Origin: Paragordius varius
Taxonomy: Eukaryota > Animalia > Nematomorpha
Length of the DNA: 64,000 nucleotides
Assembly (NCBI GenBank): GCA_964247055.1
Contig: OZ176053.1
Span: 12,462,001 to 12,526,000, forward strand
Reading direction: 5' to 3'
Shown here in pieces: positions 26,517 to 40,723 of this stretch. The first letter of the stretch is position 1. Each line of letters begins with the position of its first letter. The notes under the pieces are model-generated. The model made no database searches and was not told the DNA's origin. It worked only from the letters and a program-made list of their open reading frames with translations. The translations under genes were made by a program, and so were the position numbers.

Positions 26517-27056
26517 TTAACAGTTGGACACAACACATTCCTTTTAGTCCTTCGATTAAAATTGGGGTAGTTGGATACCCCAGACCCGTTTAAAATCAAA
26601 TACTTTAAAAAGTATGGAAGGAATTGAAACCATGGCAAAATTTTGCACTTATATAATATTATTTGATATTACTTATTTTAAGCTAAAACCGAAAGGTAAA
26701 CATTTAGTCAACGTCACATGTGTGCAATGGTAAAATTGAAAAATAATACAAAATAAACCCCTTTTCTATTTTTATCTTAAATGGAATTTAAATATAAAAT
26801 TAGCTTTAATTTCCTAAAAATTAAATAAAGACGACATTTTGCAATAATTTTATAAAATAATAATGGCGTCGAAGTATTTTGACATGAAATTTTTTTTCAA
26901 AACAAAATTACATTTAGATGTTTTGGCATATTTATATAATTTTTTTAGGATAGAAGCATAAATTTAAATTGAGACCGTTTCCTTCAGTAGTATAAAAATC
27001 CTAACTCAAATTTAGTCTGGGGTATTAAGATACCCCAATTTGAATCGAGGTGTTAA
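26517..27056 (-). mobile_element. piggyBac-type MITE, copy 3
   Basis: TTAA at 26517-26520 and 27053-27056; same subterminal inverted repeats as copy 1 in reverse orientation. Confidence 0.8.
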
Positions 27057-27099
27057 GTGCATCTTTTGCACGGAACCAAAAATTTGAGATTTTCTACCT

Positions 27100-27500
27100 A
27101 TAATAAAATATTGTTTAGCTTTGTGTATGTAGTTGATATGTTTTTGAAGTATTGGGTGGGTTAATAAAATTATTTTTTGACTTTTTGCAAGTTTTTCAAA
27201 TCAATGGCTTGCTTTCATGCGATCAAAAATTTTAATATTAGACGGCTTTAGTCAAGAAACCTGATTTGGAGGTGATAAAAAATCATATGATCAATTAAAC
27301 TTGATGATTTTGTAAGTGTGGTCTGGGGCACACTTGACAGATTTAAAAATATGGACAATTTTTTTAGGAAACTATTGATGTATATAATTTGAGTTTTATA
27401 TATATTTAAAATCTTTGTTGAACCTATAAACTGTTTATTTGATAATTTTTTGCTAATTAACCTAATTGGGGGGATACAAAAGATGATAAATTTTTAGAAA
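27100..27500 (+). mobile_element. Possible highly decayed Tc1-like transposase remnant
   Basis: Only faint, frameshifted resemblance to Tc1 C-terminal motifs (PDLNPIEN-like near 27260, GG.TKY*-like near 27470); no open frame. Confidence 0.25.
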
Positions 27501-27659
27501 AACTCTGATAATATTTAAGAACAATGGTGATAAAATATTTTAAATTTAGCAATTCCGTAAGCCCGCAAAAAGTTTTTCACGAAAATATCTTGATATTTTG
27601 AAATTTTCATATATACATAGAAAACGCTAGAGGTTATACTAGTAAAATATATAAAGAGT

Positions 27660-29130
27660 GTATTTCATCAGAATTTTATTTCAAATGTAATGATGATATT
27701 CAATTAAAAATAATAATATGTTATATTGAATAAACATCTTTTTATAATATTAACAAACGGATCCCAACAAATGAGTAGTGAGGTAAAATAATTGCGAATG
27801 TTTTAAGGAAGAATGGTTTCATTTACTTAAAAATTTTAGTAGGCCGAATCTTTAGAAAAACATGTAACATAAAATGAGATACGTGCCATTGCGTATGAAA
27901 AACTTCAATAAATGCTGATTGGATTGATTGTTTATCTATTTGAGCCTTTTTTCTTAAATTTTGGCAAAATGATGAAAATAGTTTCCGAATACGAAGTGGT
28001 AGCAAAAGATGTTACATTCATAAGCAAAAGACTTGACTTAAGTTTTTTTATCACCCATCTCTAAGTTAACACCTGGCTTAGGTAAACCTGCTCAACCTGC
28101 CTAGAATTACGAGTCAGGTTCGACTTTAATATCACCCCACCCATTATTTGGAATAAAGCATTTGGCCTTTATCAAGAAAGATTTTTAACCATAAGACTTA
28201 CCATTTTCTGATCCATTACTACAAAAGTGGTAATAACTTTTTATCACTCGTAAGAACCAATAGCACCATGATAATCTATACACCTATCAAATTATATATA
28301 ATTCAAAAAGATATTTTTTAGGGATGTGTTAAATATTTTCTTTTTATATATTATTCAAATCAGGGGTGTTTATACTGGTTTTCGAACCGCATTTTAAAAT
28401 CAAATAAACCAGTAGGCCGATTAGATATGGGCCTCGAAAACGTAAAAATGCTAAGATTTAGCGAGATTATTTAATATTAGATAAATTCTAGAGTTAAAAT
28501 AAACCTATCGTTTATTCATTATAACTTTTTACCCGAATGTAATTTTATATTTCCCATTTTCGCACCATTCTTATATAAAAATTAAATATTAATCATCTTT
28601 CAAATTTTCAAATCTTCCTTTTAAATAAAATTATAAACACTAAGTGTTACAAAAATATGTAAGAAGTTTATTTCATCATAAATTTATTTTAAATGTAATG
28701 TTGATAATCAATTAAAAGTAATAACATGTTATATTGCATAAATATCTTCCCATTATTTTGCAAATGGACTTCTAGTAAAATGAGTGAGCTAAAATAATAT
28801 AGTATTTTTTAAAGGTGAATGATTTCATCAAATTAAAAATTTTAACCGGGCTCAATATCTAAAAAAATTAATAATAAATATGATGCGTGCTATTAAGTTT
28901 TAAAAACAAATACATATTGTATTGATTGTTTTTCTTTTTGGCTTTATTTCATAAGGTTAAAATGATAAAATGATTTCCGTAATATATTGGGTGGTATAAA
29001 AGTGTAACATTCATAAGTAAAAGACTTGACTTAAGTGTTTTTTTATCACTGATCTTCAAGTGACTCTCAAGTAAATTGCTCACTTGCAACGCTTGACTTA
29101 CAAGCAGTGCGACATTTTTATCCCTCCACC
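27660..29130 (+). repeat. Diverged ~480-bp direct repeat pair (27660-28150 and 28670-29130)
   Basis: Shared blocks tttattt(c/t)aaatgtaatg(a/t)tgata and cattcataag(c/t)aaaagacttgacttaag at about 1-kb spacing. Confidence 0.7.
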
Positions 29131-29500
29131 CAAAATAATTGTTGTGAGATTTTAATCAAAAAGGGAACTAATTAAATCAAATTTTATAGATATTTTTAGT
29201 AAAAGTTTTTTCTGTAAATAAAAGGTTAGCGCCCTAAAGTACGAGACGAGGATCACTGATTTCAATCATGGCTTTTATCATAAGTTCAAATATAATTTGG
29301 AATTAAAAGCTACCTCAAAAAATAATATGTCGCTTAAGCCAAAGATACATGTTAAACCCCCTTTATCCAATTGTTTTTATATTTTCTTGTAAATTAAGTA
29401 GTAATTGCATTTTTTAATACGCAGGTGTTGAAATATCACATGGATTTTTCTTCAGATTTTTGGTCACATTCACAATTATTGTGCTGTGAAAATCGATAAT

Positions 29501-32500
29501 ATGGGTATTTAAAACTTAATCGGTTTAGTTAAATTATCCAAATGTTTGAAATGTAATAAAATATGCAATGGTGAAGTACTTAAATTGGATAACAAATTTT
29601 ACCATAAACTATGTTTCAAATGCTCAGGTTCATCATTTATATTAATGTTAGAATGTGGTTGTTCATTAAAAGATTCAAATTTTTGTACAAGAGATGGTGT
29701 TGTCTATTGTGAAGATCATTTTAATGAAAAATACGGTATACGTTGCCATCGTTGTAAATCATTTATGGCTGGAAAAGTCATGAGCGCCCAAAATAAATTT
29801 TATCATCCACAATGCTTCACATGTTCAGTTTGCAAGTATTACAATCAATTAATATTTATTAAAGTGTCCCGCTTAATCCTGGTAAAATATATGAAACTGT
29901 TGGAAATTTATGTTGTCCCAAATGTGTTCACATAGAATTAGCATCCACCACTACGCAAAGTAAATTGGATCAAAGACCAATCATAAATGGACAAATTAGT
30001 GAAGAACCAAACAATAGTGAATTAGCCAGTGGCGCAACACAAAATGTGAAGGAAATTATATGCGAATCGTGTCACAAAGAAATTAGCGGTCAACTCCTAC
30101 AAGCCGGTGATAAATTTTTCCATCCTGAATGTGGAAAATGCGTTATTTGTAATAAAACTTTTGTTGAAGCAGAAGACGTCTACCTACTGGGAACTGACAT
30201 TTGGCATTTTTATTGCGCTTATCCCGAAAATATGGTATTATTTTTTACTTTAATTTTGCGGTTTTTGCTTAGGCAAGGGGTTGATTTTTTACAATTTTAA
30301 GATAATCAATCTAACAGCTGATTATAATGTAATAACTGCGGTTATAAGCAGACAATTTTTGTAACCCAGAAACTTAATTAACTAATTTCGCTTTTGATCT
30401 ACATATATGTATTTTTATAAGACAATAAAATTTTAAAAAATAGAATCTGACAATCGAATTTTTTAACATTTTACATTTTTTGAATGTTATCTTAACGGGT
30501 TTAATGAATTACCAAACATTTTTTACGACAGTCTGTGGTGGATCAAAGCCATGGACATCACTCAATGAACACAAGCCTTTTTTCTCGCGGTTCCACCTCA
30601 TATTCTAGTCTTGATAGGACAAGGGTATACTTTTATATAAGTTTCGCTTATTTTACATTAACTTTATTGAAAAAAAGGAGAATTAAATATACATTGTTTC
30701 GGCTTATTTGCATTCAACCGTCTTAAATTGTGATAACTATAAATTATTAATATTTAGTTAAATATGAGAAAAAAAATTATTATATTTTGCAAGAGATTAA
30801 AATATTTTTGTTTTTATTTAAGACTTTATATCTGTTTTTTATTCCATATGAAACAATGAACACATATTTCAATGACCAACATATCTTTGCAAATAAATGC
30901 CATTTTAAATTTTAAACATGGAGTTTATATGACAGTTAAGTTATTCACAAAATCCTTGAACTCTGATTAAAGTTATATCTCCAAAAGATTATGTAAATTT
31001 TTATAAATAATAATTTAAAGTATAATTAAAAATGGCAAAATATAAAAAGGCACTGAGTATAAAATTGAATAATCGTTTTCTATTTTATTAATAAATATTT
31101 TAAAAACATACATCAAAAATTATAAGGCTAAAATACAGAGAAACTATAAATTGAATTTAATATAAATATAGCTTTTTGAAAATAATGCAGCTCACATAAT
31201 ATTAATTAGTACTTTGATTATGTATTTAGATTAAAAAAGTTTATGGGAGTTTAATTATTTTTTATATCCAGTCTTCTTATATATTTTTATAATTATGTTT
31301 TTATTATTAAAACCATATTTATTTTTTTTATTTTGTATATAACCGAATTATATGTACTCCTTTTTTAGGAAATTTTACCAAACATTAGAATCAAACATCT
31401 TTAGATATGGAATTCTAATCAAATAAGGATTTTTCATTTTTTTCGAATTCAACTCCATATTGTGTTCGAACTTATACCTTAAAATTATCGTGGCTTTATA
31501 ATACTTTTTACTCCAATGACAATTTATTAAGATCATATTTAAGCCTTCATTGACCTATATCCGCTGTGATTTGTAAAGTTTAGAAATCAAATAAACAACG
31601 CTTTTATTGGAAAAATGTTCAAAATCAGGATGTTTATAATTTTTACTTTCTAGGATATTTCTAATTTATGTGTCTGTTTATGAATAAATTGTTTGCCCAT
31701 TAAATATTAAGGTTGATGGCGCTATTATATTTATACTTTAGTAATCGTTAAATTTTCAGAATAAATTAAGTATTCAGTTTATTTTCTATTTACGGTATTT
31801 TTATCGTTTACCTGGTTATTAAAAAATACATTTATAACATAAACGCCTTAGACAAATTTTATTCAATTTTTTATAGTGTGAGTAAGTATAGATTGCTAGA
31901 AAGTTATTAATTATACCAATATACAACAAAGGGCAGTAATATTGGCTTATAGTTATTTTTTGACTTTTAATTATTAGCCAACAATAAATCTCTTTGCTGC
32001 ATATGCTATTCGGCAAATTAATAATTTATATACTTACTCATAATACTGTATATTTTACCTTTTTTAACGTAAAAATATTTAATGGATGCTTATATAAAAT
32101 AACCCCATGTATTTATTTACGTTTCCTAGAATTCGCTTGGAGAGAATTTGCTTTACCCATACGTTCCTTCGTTCATTAATAAACGCATGTTGAGAGATTC
32201 CTCCTCTAACACAACGGCACAGGCGCCGCAGGCTTATTCCCCTCTCCCTCAACTTTATACCATTAGCTATCTCAATCCAGGACTCACCAATCAAGGTTAC
32301 CTTAAAACTACGCTCCCTGTAAAAATGCCTAAAAGTCCGCATTTCCATAGACCGTTAGGCCCTAATTTTTCGTACAGACATCCACGAAACCATTTAATGA
32401 ATGTTACGATATCTGCCATTGCTGCTAAGCGAAAGGGGGGAAGGGCGGGAGCCATTTCCCAACTTTCGTCCTCGCGATGTTCGGATTCTGTGCTGTTGCC

Positions 32501-35500
32501 TCAAGAAATGATCAATAATGATACGACGACACCTACCAACATGATACCTGTTTCACAATCTATTACAGGTATATTATTTTAAAGAGACGATTTTGAGGGT
32601 ATTTTGAGTCAAAGTTTAACAAAGTTTAAGATTTAAGTATTTGATGAATATTGAAGAAACCTTGGTTTTTCATGTTTAAGGGTGTTTTTATTTTATTCTC
32701 GTTATGATAATTAAATGGAATGTGTGGATTTTATCTTAAAAAATTTGATATAATAAAATCGATATTGTAAGTGATATAAATGTCTTTTGGTTAGGAAAAC
32801 GCTTTTAAAATTAGGTTGTAAACATATCAAACCATTAATAATTTTTTTAAATGGATTTTGTTACCTAGTGACTTCTCAAATTTGAATCATATTTTAATAT
32901 TTTCTCCGATTTTCGACGTTAGATTTTATATAAAAGACGAGACTTTTATAAAACAAATATATCTGGAATGTCCAAGGCTTTGCGGGCCGCATCGATACTC
33001 TCCAATAAGATCAATTTTTGCAATATCGAATATTTTAACTGAATCCAAATATTTTATTTTATAGGCATTTTTTAGATAAACTTTTACTTATTACAGAATG
33101 TCGGACGTGTAATTAATTAGACACAATTAATATTTATTCATGTAATTGTTTTAGCGGCTAAAATCGAAGCAGATATCGAACCTATTGAATTAGCCCATTT
33201 TCCTGACGCTCGCAAACCGAAAGATGAGGACATCCTAACACCGAAAATCGAACGAGAAGATTGGCCAGCACCTCCGTTTGGACCTGCTATGCCAGGTCTT
33301 ATTTCATTTTTATAATTTAACTTTTTTTTTCGGATTACATCTAATTTCTTTTGCTGTTACTCTAATAATAAGCTCAACTCTTACACAATGTGGAGTGTTT
33401 AAATTTGAGTATACTATACCATTTACAGTTCAAATTCACCTTCGAACAATTCAAAATTATTCTTTGTGTTTTTTAAGATTAAAAATTACCTATATTTTTT
33501 TATATTTAAAAAAAATAAAATTACCTATAAAATATATATAATACTGGAAAAATAATAAACTATGCCATAAGAATATATTTTATATTAATAATGAGTTATA
33601 TAATTATTGCGAAAACGCATAATTTATTTTTAGGGTGAATTTGAATTGTTCAAGGGTGAATTAGAATTGTTCAAGGTGAATTTGAATTGTAAATGGTATA
33701 CATTTTTTGAAACAACAATCAATCATAATATCCAATAAATTTTTTAGAACGAAAATATTTGTGGGCCAGACCCCAAGACGCCAAGGATGACGAGGATATG
33801 AATGGTGAAGAAAAGCCCCCGCTTACCAAAGAAGTTGAATATTTAAGAAATATTCATTCAGGACTTGGAAATGTATGTTATGTTATGTTTTATCGTTCTG
33901 AATATATAAAAAAATCTTTGTGACCCAAATATCCGTTTTTATTTACATTTTTTTCATGATAAATAGTTTTGATATTTACTCCTTTTTTATTAGATTATAG
34001 AGCTTATTTTATATCCCACAAATATGAAATTTTGGTAAATGTAATTTTTTGAAAATTAATATATATATATATATATTTAAAAAACAGCAATTAAAAGTAG
34101 GGTTGATTTACAAAAACTGCTGTAAATAATTAAATTACTGCGCGGTTCTGGTTACAAACCTCTCTTTTAAATGGATATTCCAACATTAAATCCATATATT
34201 ATATGGTAGGTGTTATTGAAAGAATTTTCAAATCAGCAGTTTTTGGCCGGTAAAGTAATGAAAAACCCTCAATATTCTTCCAGAACATCTTCTGCTTGTG
34301 ATACGCATGTAACATTTCCAGATTTAAGTAAACCATATATATATTTATATATAGCATTAGGTCCATAGTTTAGTTTCAATTATCAAATAATTTGAAAATG
34401 TACTTATTGGCAAAAGTTATTTTTTTCGTTTAAAACTAATATATCACAAACATTTTTAGACAATGTAGATTGAAATTAGTTTTTTTAAATACTTTTTCAG
34501 AACCCAAGATAAATTAAAATCAATTATTGGATTATAAAAATGATATGTTTTTTTAATTTTTGAAAGTTTTCCAAACAATCAAGCTTTTTCCACGTTTGAT
34601 TCCTCTCAAAAATATTATTTTTCATATGAATCTGGTTTTGCATTCATAAAATGACATTTACGATTTATCGCATTCTTGTGCGTTTAGATTAGATAGACTT
34701 TATTATTGATTTTATATTCTTGCCATATTATGCATACCACCTAAAAAATTCATTTATTTATATTTATACGTATCTTGTTTGCATTTAGAATACCAATCCG
34801 ATATGGAGCCGCCAGAAGCGAATTTGAATACTACATCAGCAAACCATGTACAAAAACTCTAAATATTTTTAATTTTACATTGATTATACCATTTTTAAAA
34901 TTATTGGGAAAAATATATTTTTTACCTAATTTACAATTTTATATATCATTATTTATCATAAAAACGCAAAAATTAATAGGAAACACAATATATATATATT
35001 AAAACATATTTAGTATGAAGCCAACGAAATCAGATCTAGGAGTGTAGAGCTTGGAGATCGATATTCCAGAATGGATTTGCAGAATGATCAGAATGGCCAA
35101 GTTAATATATTTTATTTATAAAAATTTTATTATTGCTCATGTGGTTTTAATTTCCATATAACCCATATATTATAAAATATATGGCAAATTTTATATATAT
35201 TAAAATAGACTGTATTCAATACAGTTTTATCAAAATAATTTTTGTATTACAGAGGCAAAAATATAAATACGAAGGCGCCATACCAAACGAAATGTATTGC
35301 ATTTATCCCCACACGGCTTATCACACAAGGAGTATGCCTAACATGGCAGATGTCGAATCTTTAAAAGTTAATTTTATATTGTCTTTTTGTATTTACCGAA
35401 AAATTTATAAATTAATAAAGTTTATATAAATACTGACGTAACTGTGGTAAACTTTGATGTTTGAAGGTTTTTTTTACCACAAATTTTGATTCCGAGTTTT

Positions 35501-36063
35501 TTATTTAAAGGAAAAAATGGAATAAATCAAATTATAATAATACAAATTTTGGGCATAAGAGTGATTATTGATACAATAATAATAATAATATTTATATTTT
35601 AAGTAAGTTTATATAAATATAAACGAAATATAATGAATATTAACATTATTGTATTGATAATCGCTCTTTTGCCAAATATTCATTTTATTAAACTAATAGA
35701 CGCAAATTAAATCCGTCAATTTATCTAATAATAAATGATATCATATTATTTATTACATAACATTATTAGATTTACCCCTATCATTTGATTAAGACGACGA
35801 ATCGCAAGTTACCACCAGGGATATGCAGGACTCGTTTAGAGGTAATAATAATTTATTCAAAAAATTTTTTATCTTACCTCAAACTTTTCTTTTTTTGTTA
35901 TAATGTTTAAAATATGAAAATTACAAGTTAATATTCATATATGTTTTAGAGTCATTTAGCACCACACGAATTTATGTATATATTCGGTTGCACGATGGAA
36001 GAATTTTATACCCTGCCTGAATGGCGAAGGAATTTATTGAAGAAAGCTGCAAAACTTTGGTAG
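29501..36063 (+). CDS. Actin-binding LIM protein (abLIM/UNC-115 family), LIM domains plus villin headpiece
   Basis: M|VKLSKCLKCNKICNGEVLKLDNKFYHKLCFKCS|ECGC..., RCHRCKSFMAGKV..., CESCHKEISGQLLQAGDKFFHPEC; conserved IELAHFPDARKP...KIEREDWPAPP; KYKYEGAIPNEM; terminal GHLAPHEFMYIFGCTMEEFYTLPEWRRNLLKKAAKLW* (TAG 36061-36063). Confidence 0.92.
33415..33700. mobile_element. Foldback/MITE with TA target site and 21-nt subterminal tandem units, copy 1 (abLIM intron)
   Basis: TATA-CCATTTAC...GTAAATGG-TATA ends; arms built from aattcaaattcacccttgaac units in inverted orientation; second copy at 60514-60894. Confidence 0.78.
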
Positions 36064-37070
36064 TTTTAGTTAAAAGTCGTTTTTTTTATAATTTGTAAAA
36101 TCGCTTCTCCTCATCTCACATTAAAAAAGACATTTATTGTACTTAATAACTCATCTCTCATTTTGCACACCGTTTTGCGTTAATAAAAATTATCATTTAT
36201 AAGCTATATAATTATTATACAAATATTTGTATTAAAACGTCAATATAGGTATACACTTATTTTATTATATGTATGTAAATTAATAAATTGTTTTTTTGCT
36301 ATAATTATTATGAGCGTAACATATTTTCCTTCAAACTATTCTTATCCGCGATTTTATATGCTGTTTTTCCAATGGGTTAAAAATCCATATCTTTTTTTTA
36401 AAAATGAAGCATATAATATTACCTTTAATTCATTTGAGTAAACATGTTTTTTAAATAATATTGTGAAAAAATAAGCTTTGTTAGAACCGATTCTTACCTA
36501 ATCTTACCGTTTTTAATATAGGTAAAATAGTAACTTTAATTATCGATTCTGGCCAGCGATATTTTTAGAGCAGTTGGAGTTAATTAGTTTTGAAGTTCAT
36601 TTTTCTGCGTACAAATACCTAATAAACCGTGGGTATTTATAAAATGCAGTTTTAGTCAACATATTTTAGCCATATTTATTTTTGCAAATAATTACGTTAC
36701 AGCAAAATACGGCGCTGAATAAAATACCGTCACGTTTTATTTGTATTTAAAACATATTGAACCATTAGAATGAGCTTTGAGGGATTCGGTGGCTGAGTCG
36801 GCCCATATGATTGTGGTTTACAAATTTTAAAAGACGTCTACCTAAAAAAGTATTTTGCGCCGGCTGTTCACATCTCCATTGGGTTTGTTCAAAGGCTTAT
36901 TTAAATGACCTTTAGTGTTTGCTGTTACCTTCTTTTTAAAATGTTGTATTTAAATTATTACACAAAATTAAAACAGTTAATTTTATGTGAGTTAACTTGA
37001 AAACTTCAAATATTGGTTAGAATGAATAGGTATAATACAGTGGGCTGCTCCCTTTACCCTCCCATCAGTG

Positions 37071-38060
37071 TATCAGGTTTAGTCATAAGTTTTTACTGGT
37101 TTTTGGTAAAAAACATGTAATTTTAAAAGATAAAAAATAATTTATTTTATTAAAAAATTGTACATCAGCTTCTACACATTTCGTCCATATATAAATGGCG
37201 TACCAAAAAAACTTTATGACTTTTGCGGCAAACCATTTATCAAGCCATTCTCCAACCTTTTCGAAATAGTTTAAGTGCGGCTCTGCGAGGGTGGGTCCTA
37301 TTGATGCGAAGTATATTAGTCAGATAGCACCAGGTCAAGAAAGTTCAGCAGATGCGAATCCCCTAAAGCGATTTTATGGTCTTTCACTGATTTTTCTATG
37401 TGAAACGGAGAATTTTTGTGTAGCAAATTCATTTTGCCATGTATTCTGGCAGACTCCGGTCGTTTTTCAATTAATGCATAAATTTATTATTTGTTTGGTA
37501 AAAAATTTATAATACAAAATATCGTACCCAACAGACCCGCATTGTTTTCTTTTTTAAGCGATTTAGCATGTGTTCATGAAACGGGTTAACAAGGTGGAGG
37601 CCACGATTTTTCCGCTTTGGATTTACAAAATAAAATCATATCTCATCACCCGTCTCAATTCGATGCAAAAATATTTTCGTGAGTTTTAAGCCGGATTTTC
37701 AAGTGTCTTTTCGATTTAACGATCCGAATTTTGTGGGACCCAATAACCAAGTTTATTGGTCTCTATCATTGCTCATAAACATCTATTTTGTTTTTATTAA
37801 CACATATAATGCTTCTGCTGATTGCCGTTGAGTTCCAATTGGGACATCATCCAATAATCATGCATTTGTTCGTTGCAGTTGTGAGTGTATAAAGCGCCCA
37901 CGCCACATAAAATTATGACTTTTATATTGGAACGATTTTTTACATATGTATTTCTACCAGCCAACGATAACTCTCAACAGCCCTTTTTCTGATGAGAATG
38001 CTTTTAGTCAACAAATTCGAGGTGATTATTGAGTGATAAAATAAAGACGCTAGTTTTCCG
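37071..38060 (-). mobile_element. Decayed Mos1-like mariner transposon relic A
   Basis: Minus-strand remnants of IVTGDEKW, HPAYSPDLAPSD and RWEKCV motifs with stops and frameshifts; TIR-like tatcaggtttagtcataagtttttactggttttt at 37071. Confidence 0.7.
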
Positions 38061-39081
38061 CGTACTCAGTTTGTTTGTGTTGTCATTTAATGTCAGAAAA
38101 CAAAATAGGGTCTGTGTATTAATTGTTTGCATACTTTTCCCTGTCGTTTTTCTTAGTTAATACGGTAACAACTTATGCTACTCCTAATAATCCAATAAAG
38201 ATCATTTTTAATTAGCTGTTTGTGCCTAAATGTGTGGAAATATACCTGGTAGATGCAGATTGCTAACGTTATTGCACACAAGACCAATTATAAAATAACT
38301 AATACTGATCATTTTTTTATGTTCATGATACCAATAAATTCAGGGATTCGCATCAAAACCGTTTTTGTGGAATGAAAGCTAGAACCATTAGCCTTTTTAT
38401 ATGCCCTTTAGGAGGCAAATAAAATGGTCAGAAAAAACAACAAACAAAATTTTATGTTTTAACGCTTATTTTTTTCTGTCATTTTATTCAATACCTTTCC
38501 TAAATTTAAAAAACCGGGAATAATTTGACTGAAAAACAATGAACCAAAATCATTTGTTCAGACATCGTTTTTCATCGAATTGGCTTGAAAGGCAGATTAA
38601 ATTTAGTTTTTACTTTGGAGGTCCTTTTAAACAACCAATTTTATTTTAATTTTAAATTTGGTAATTTATACCGTTTTTGGCGCGTCATTTTTATCCATAT
38701 ATAATTTATAAATTAATTTTTAATTTAAATGTTAATTATATTATTTTTAGCTTTTATTATTGTTAGCCAATCAATTAAGGTTGCGCTTTGTTTGTGTCCC
38801 AGGCATTATAATTTGAGTTTGAAAACTTTTTTTATTGAGTAGGATATTAGTAACCAAAAATAAAAAACTATTTAACGGTAAAAAGAAAAAAATCAATGTC
38901 AACACATCATCGGTCAAAACTCTGCAGCAATCGAAGACGAATCGAGAATTAATAACAATATAGGTTATATGTTTTCAAAATACTTTAATATTTTGTAATC
39001 AAGAAAGATGATAATTAAATTTTATTACAAAAAAATAATGATGGAACGACTATTTAGAAAAACCAATTCTAAAACTCTAAA

Positions 39082-40723
39082 ATGCTACTAAAAACGCCTA
39101 AAAAACGCTGTCACTCAAATCTCCAAATTTTTGATAGATGTTTGAAAATTTTAGGTTTTCCAATCAACAAGAAGGACAACCAACAACAAAAACAACAGGA
39201 AGAATCTCCATATAAGCCAAAATCTTGTTTTAATTTCAATTCTACCTCTTTTTTATTTTTAGGTTGCGGGAGAAGAAAGAAAAACTTAACCAGTTCAAGC
39301 AAACCCAAAACATCGTTCATAAAACAAGAAGGGAAATATGAAAGTTAATAAATGATATAATTTTTAGATGCAATAAAACCACAAGAAAAGAATGGAGAAA
39401 CTACGCTTGACACAGATTTTAACCATGGTAATATTTAATATTGTTTAATAAACATGCTATAAGCATAATTAATAAACTTAATGTTGAATTCCTTTTTAGA
39501 TAAAAACAGTAAAACACTCAAATCTGTTAAGAAAGGGCTAAAATTTCAATCCATAAAACAATTATGTTCAATTTGTTGTATTAAAAAGTCAATTGCAGAG
39601 CAGGAAATTATCGCTCCCTCCAATACTCCCATTCTCTTTGATAGTGATGTAAACATAGAGTCAATAGAACAACATGATATAAATATAACACAACCTAATT
39701 TAGTAAATGGTTTGGATTCGGTAATTGTTGAGGAAACCATGAAAACTGACAGAATTTTTGCTTCTCCATGCCCAGACACTATTGATGAAAATTTCTTAGA
39801 CCATGTTTGCGAAGCATCTTGTGGCGACAAGCCAACCGATGAAATCAAACACGAAAAAGTAAAAAGAAAGAAACTTATGGGAATTAGTAATAGAGGCAAT
39901 ACCTGTTATGCCAACAGCATTTCTCAAGCATTGTTTTCGTTTCCAGACTTTGTAGCTCTAATCAATGATTGCCAAAAGCCTTTGGGGTGTAAGTTCAAAC
40001 AAATTTTTGAAAGTTTGGCCGACTATGAGGAAGCAAACATTCCCATTCTGTTAAAATCCCTGAATTGTATGCTTGTTTGAATATGTATTTTAGATTGGAG
40101 TTATAAAGTCAACAAGAGTAACGTGGAAGATTGTCATGAATTCTTTCTAAGTCTAGTCAATGCTCTATCGGAAGAAACTTCTTCTATCAGAGATTTCTTT
40201 GCCATAACGTTAAAATCAACAAGTATGATTGTTTTTTATTTTAGTTAAATGCTCAAGATGCCAATATTCCTCAATCACAATTGACGAAAACCTTGGTTTG
40301 AGTCTGCCAATATGTAACCAAAAATCCGTTAATGATTGCTTAAATACGTATTTGAAACCACAAACGTTGGCTGATTTTGCATGTCCTAACTGCGACAATA
40401 CTGGATGTATCTCATCACAAAGTGAGATACTCCAGATACCACAAATATTTGCTATACATTTACAAAGATTTGATATAAAAGGGAAAAAAATCAGCAAAAG
40501 AATCGAAAATAATTTACACCTCAGCATTCCGATCCTGGAATCTGAGGTTTCTGTCAATCTTATTTCACTCCTCTCTCACCAAGGGAGATCAACAGATGAT
40601 GGACATTATGTCGCCCATTGCTTTCGAGACAATGGCTGGTTCACGTTTAACGATTCGAAAGTAAATGAGTGTAAGGGTAAGGAAGTTAGTACTGTAAATT
40701 CATATTTGTTGTTTTATTCTTAG
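39082..40723 (+). CDS. Ubiquitin-specific protease (peptidase C19), copy 1, ~498 aa
   Basis: Exons 39082-39343, 39368-39427, 39500-40066, 40094-40222, 40245-40723 join in frame. Cys box GISNRGNTCYANSISQAL, EDCHEFF box, CxxC zinc ribbons, His box SHQGRSTDDGHYVAH, WFTFNDSKV, YLLFY. Confidence 0.9.

Noticed and set aside
36780-36900. tRNA A-box-like tggctgagtcgg
   Set aside because: No B box at a suitable distance and no cloverleaf.
40692-40723. Apparent 30-nt GT-AG intron (gtaaattc...ttcttag) at the end of the USP
   Set aside because: It encodes the conserved YLLFY strand of USP domains, and splicing would give different tails in the two copies.
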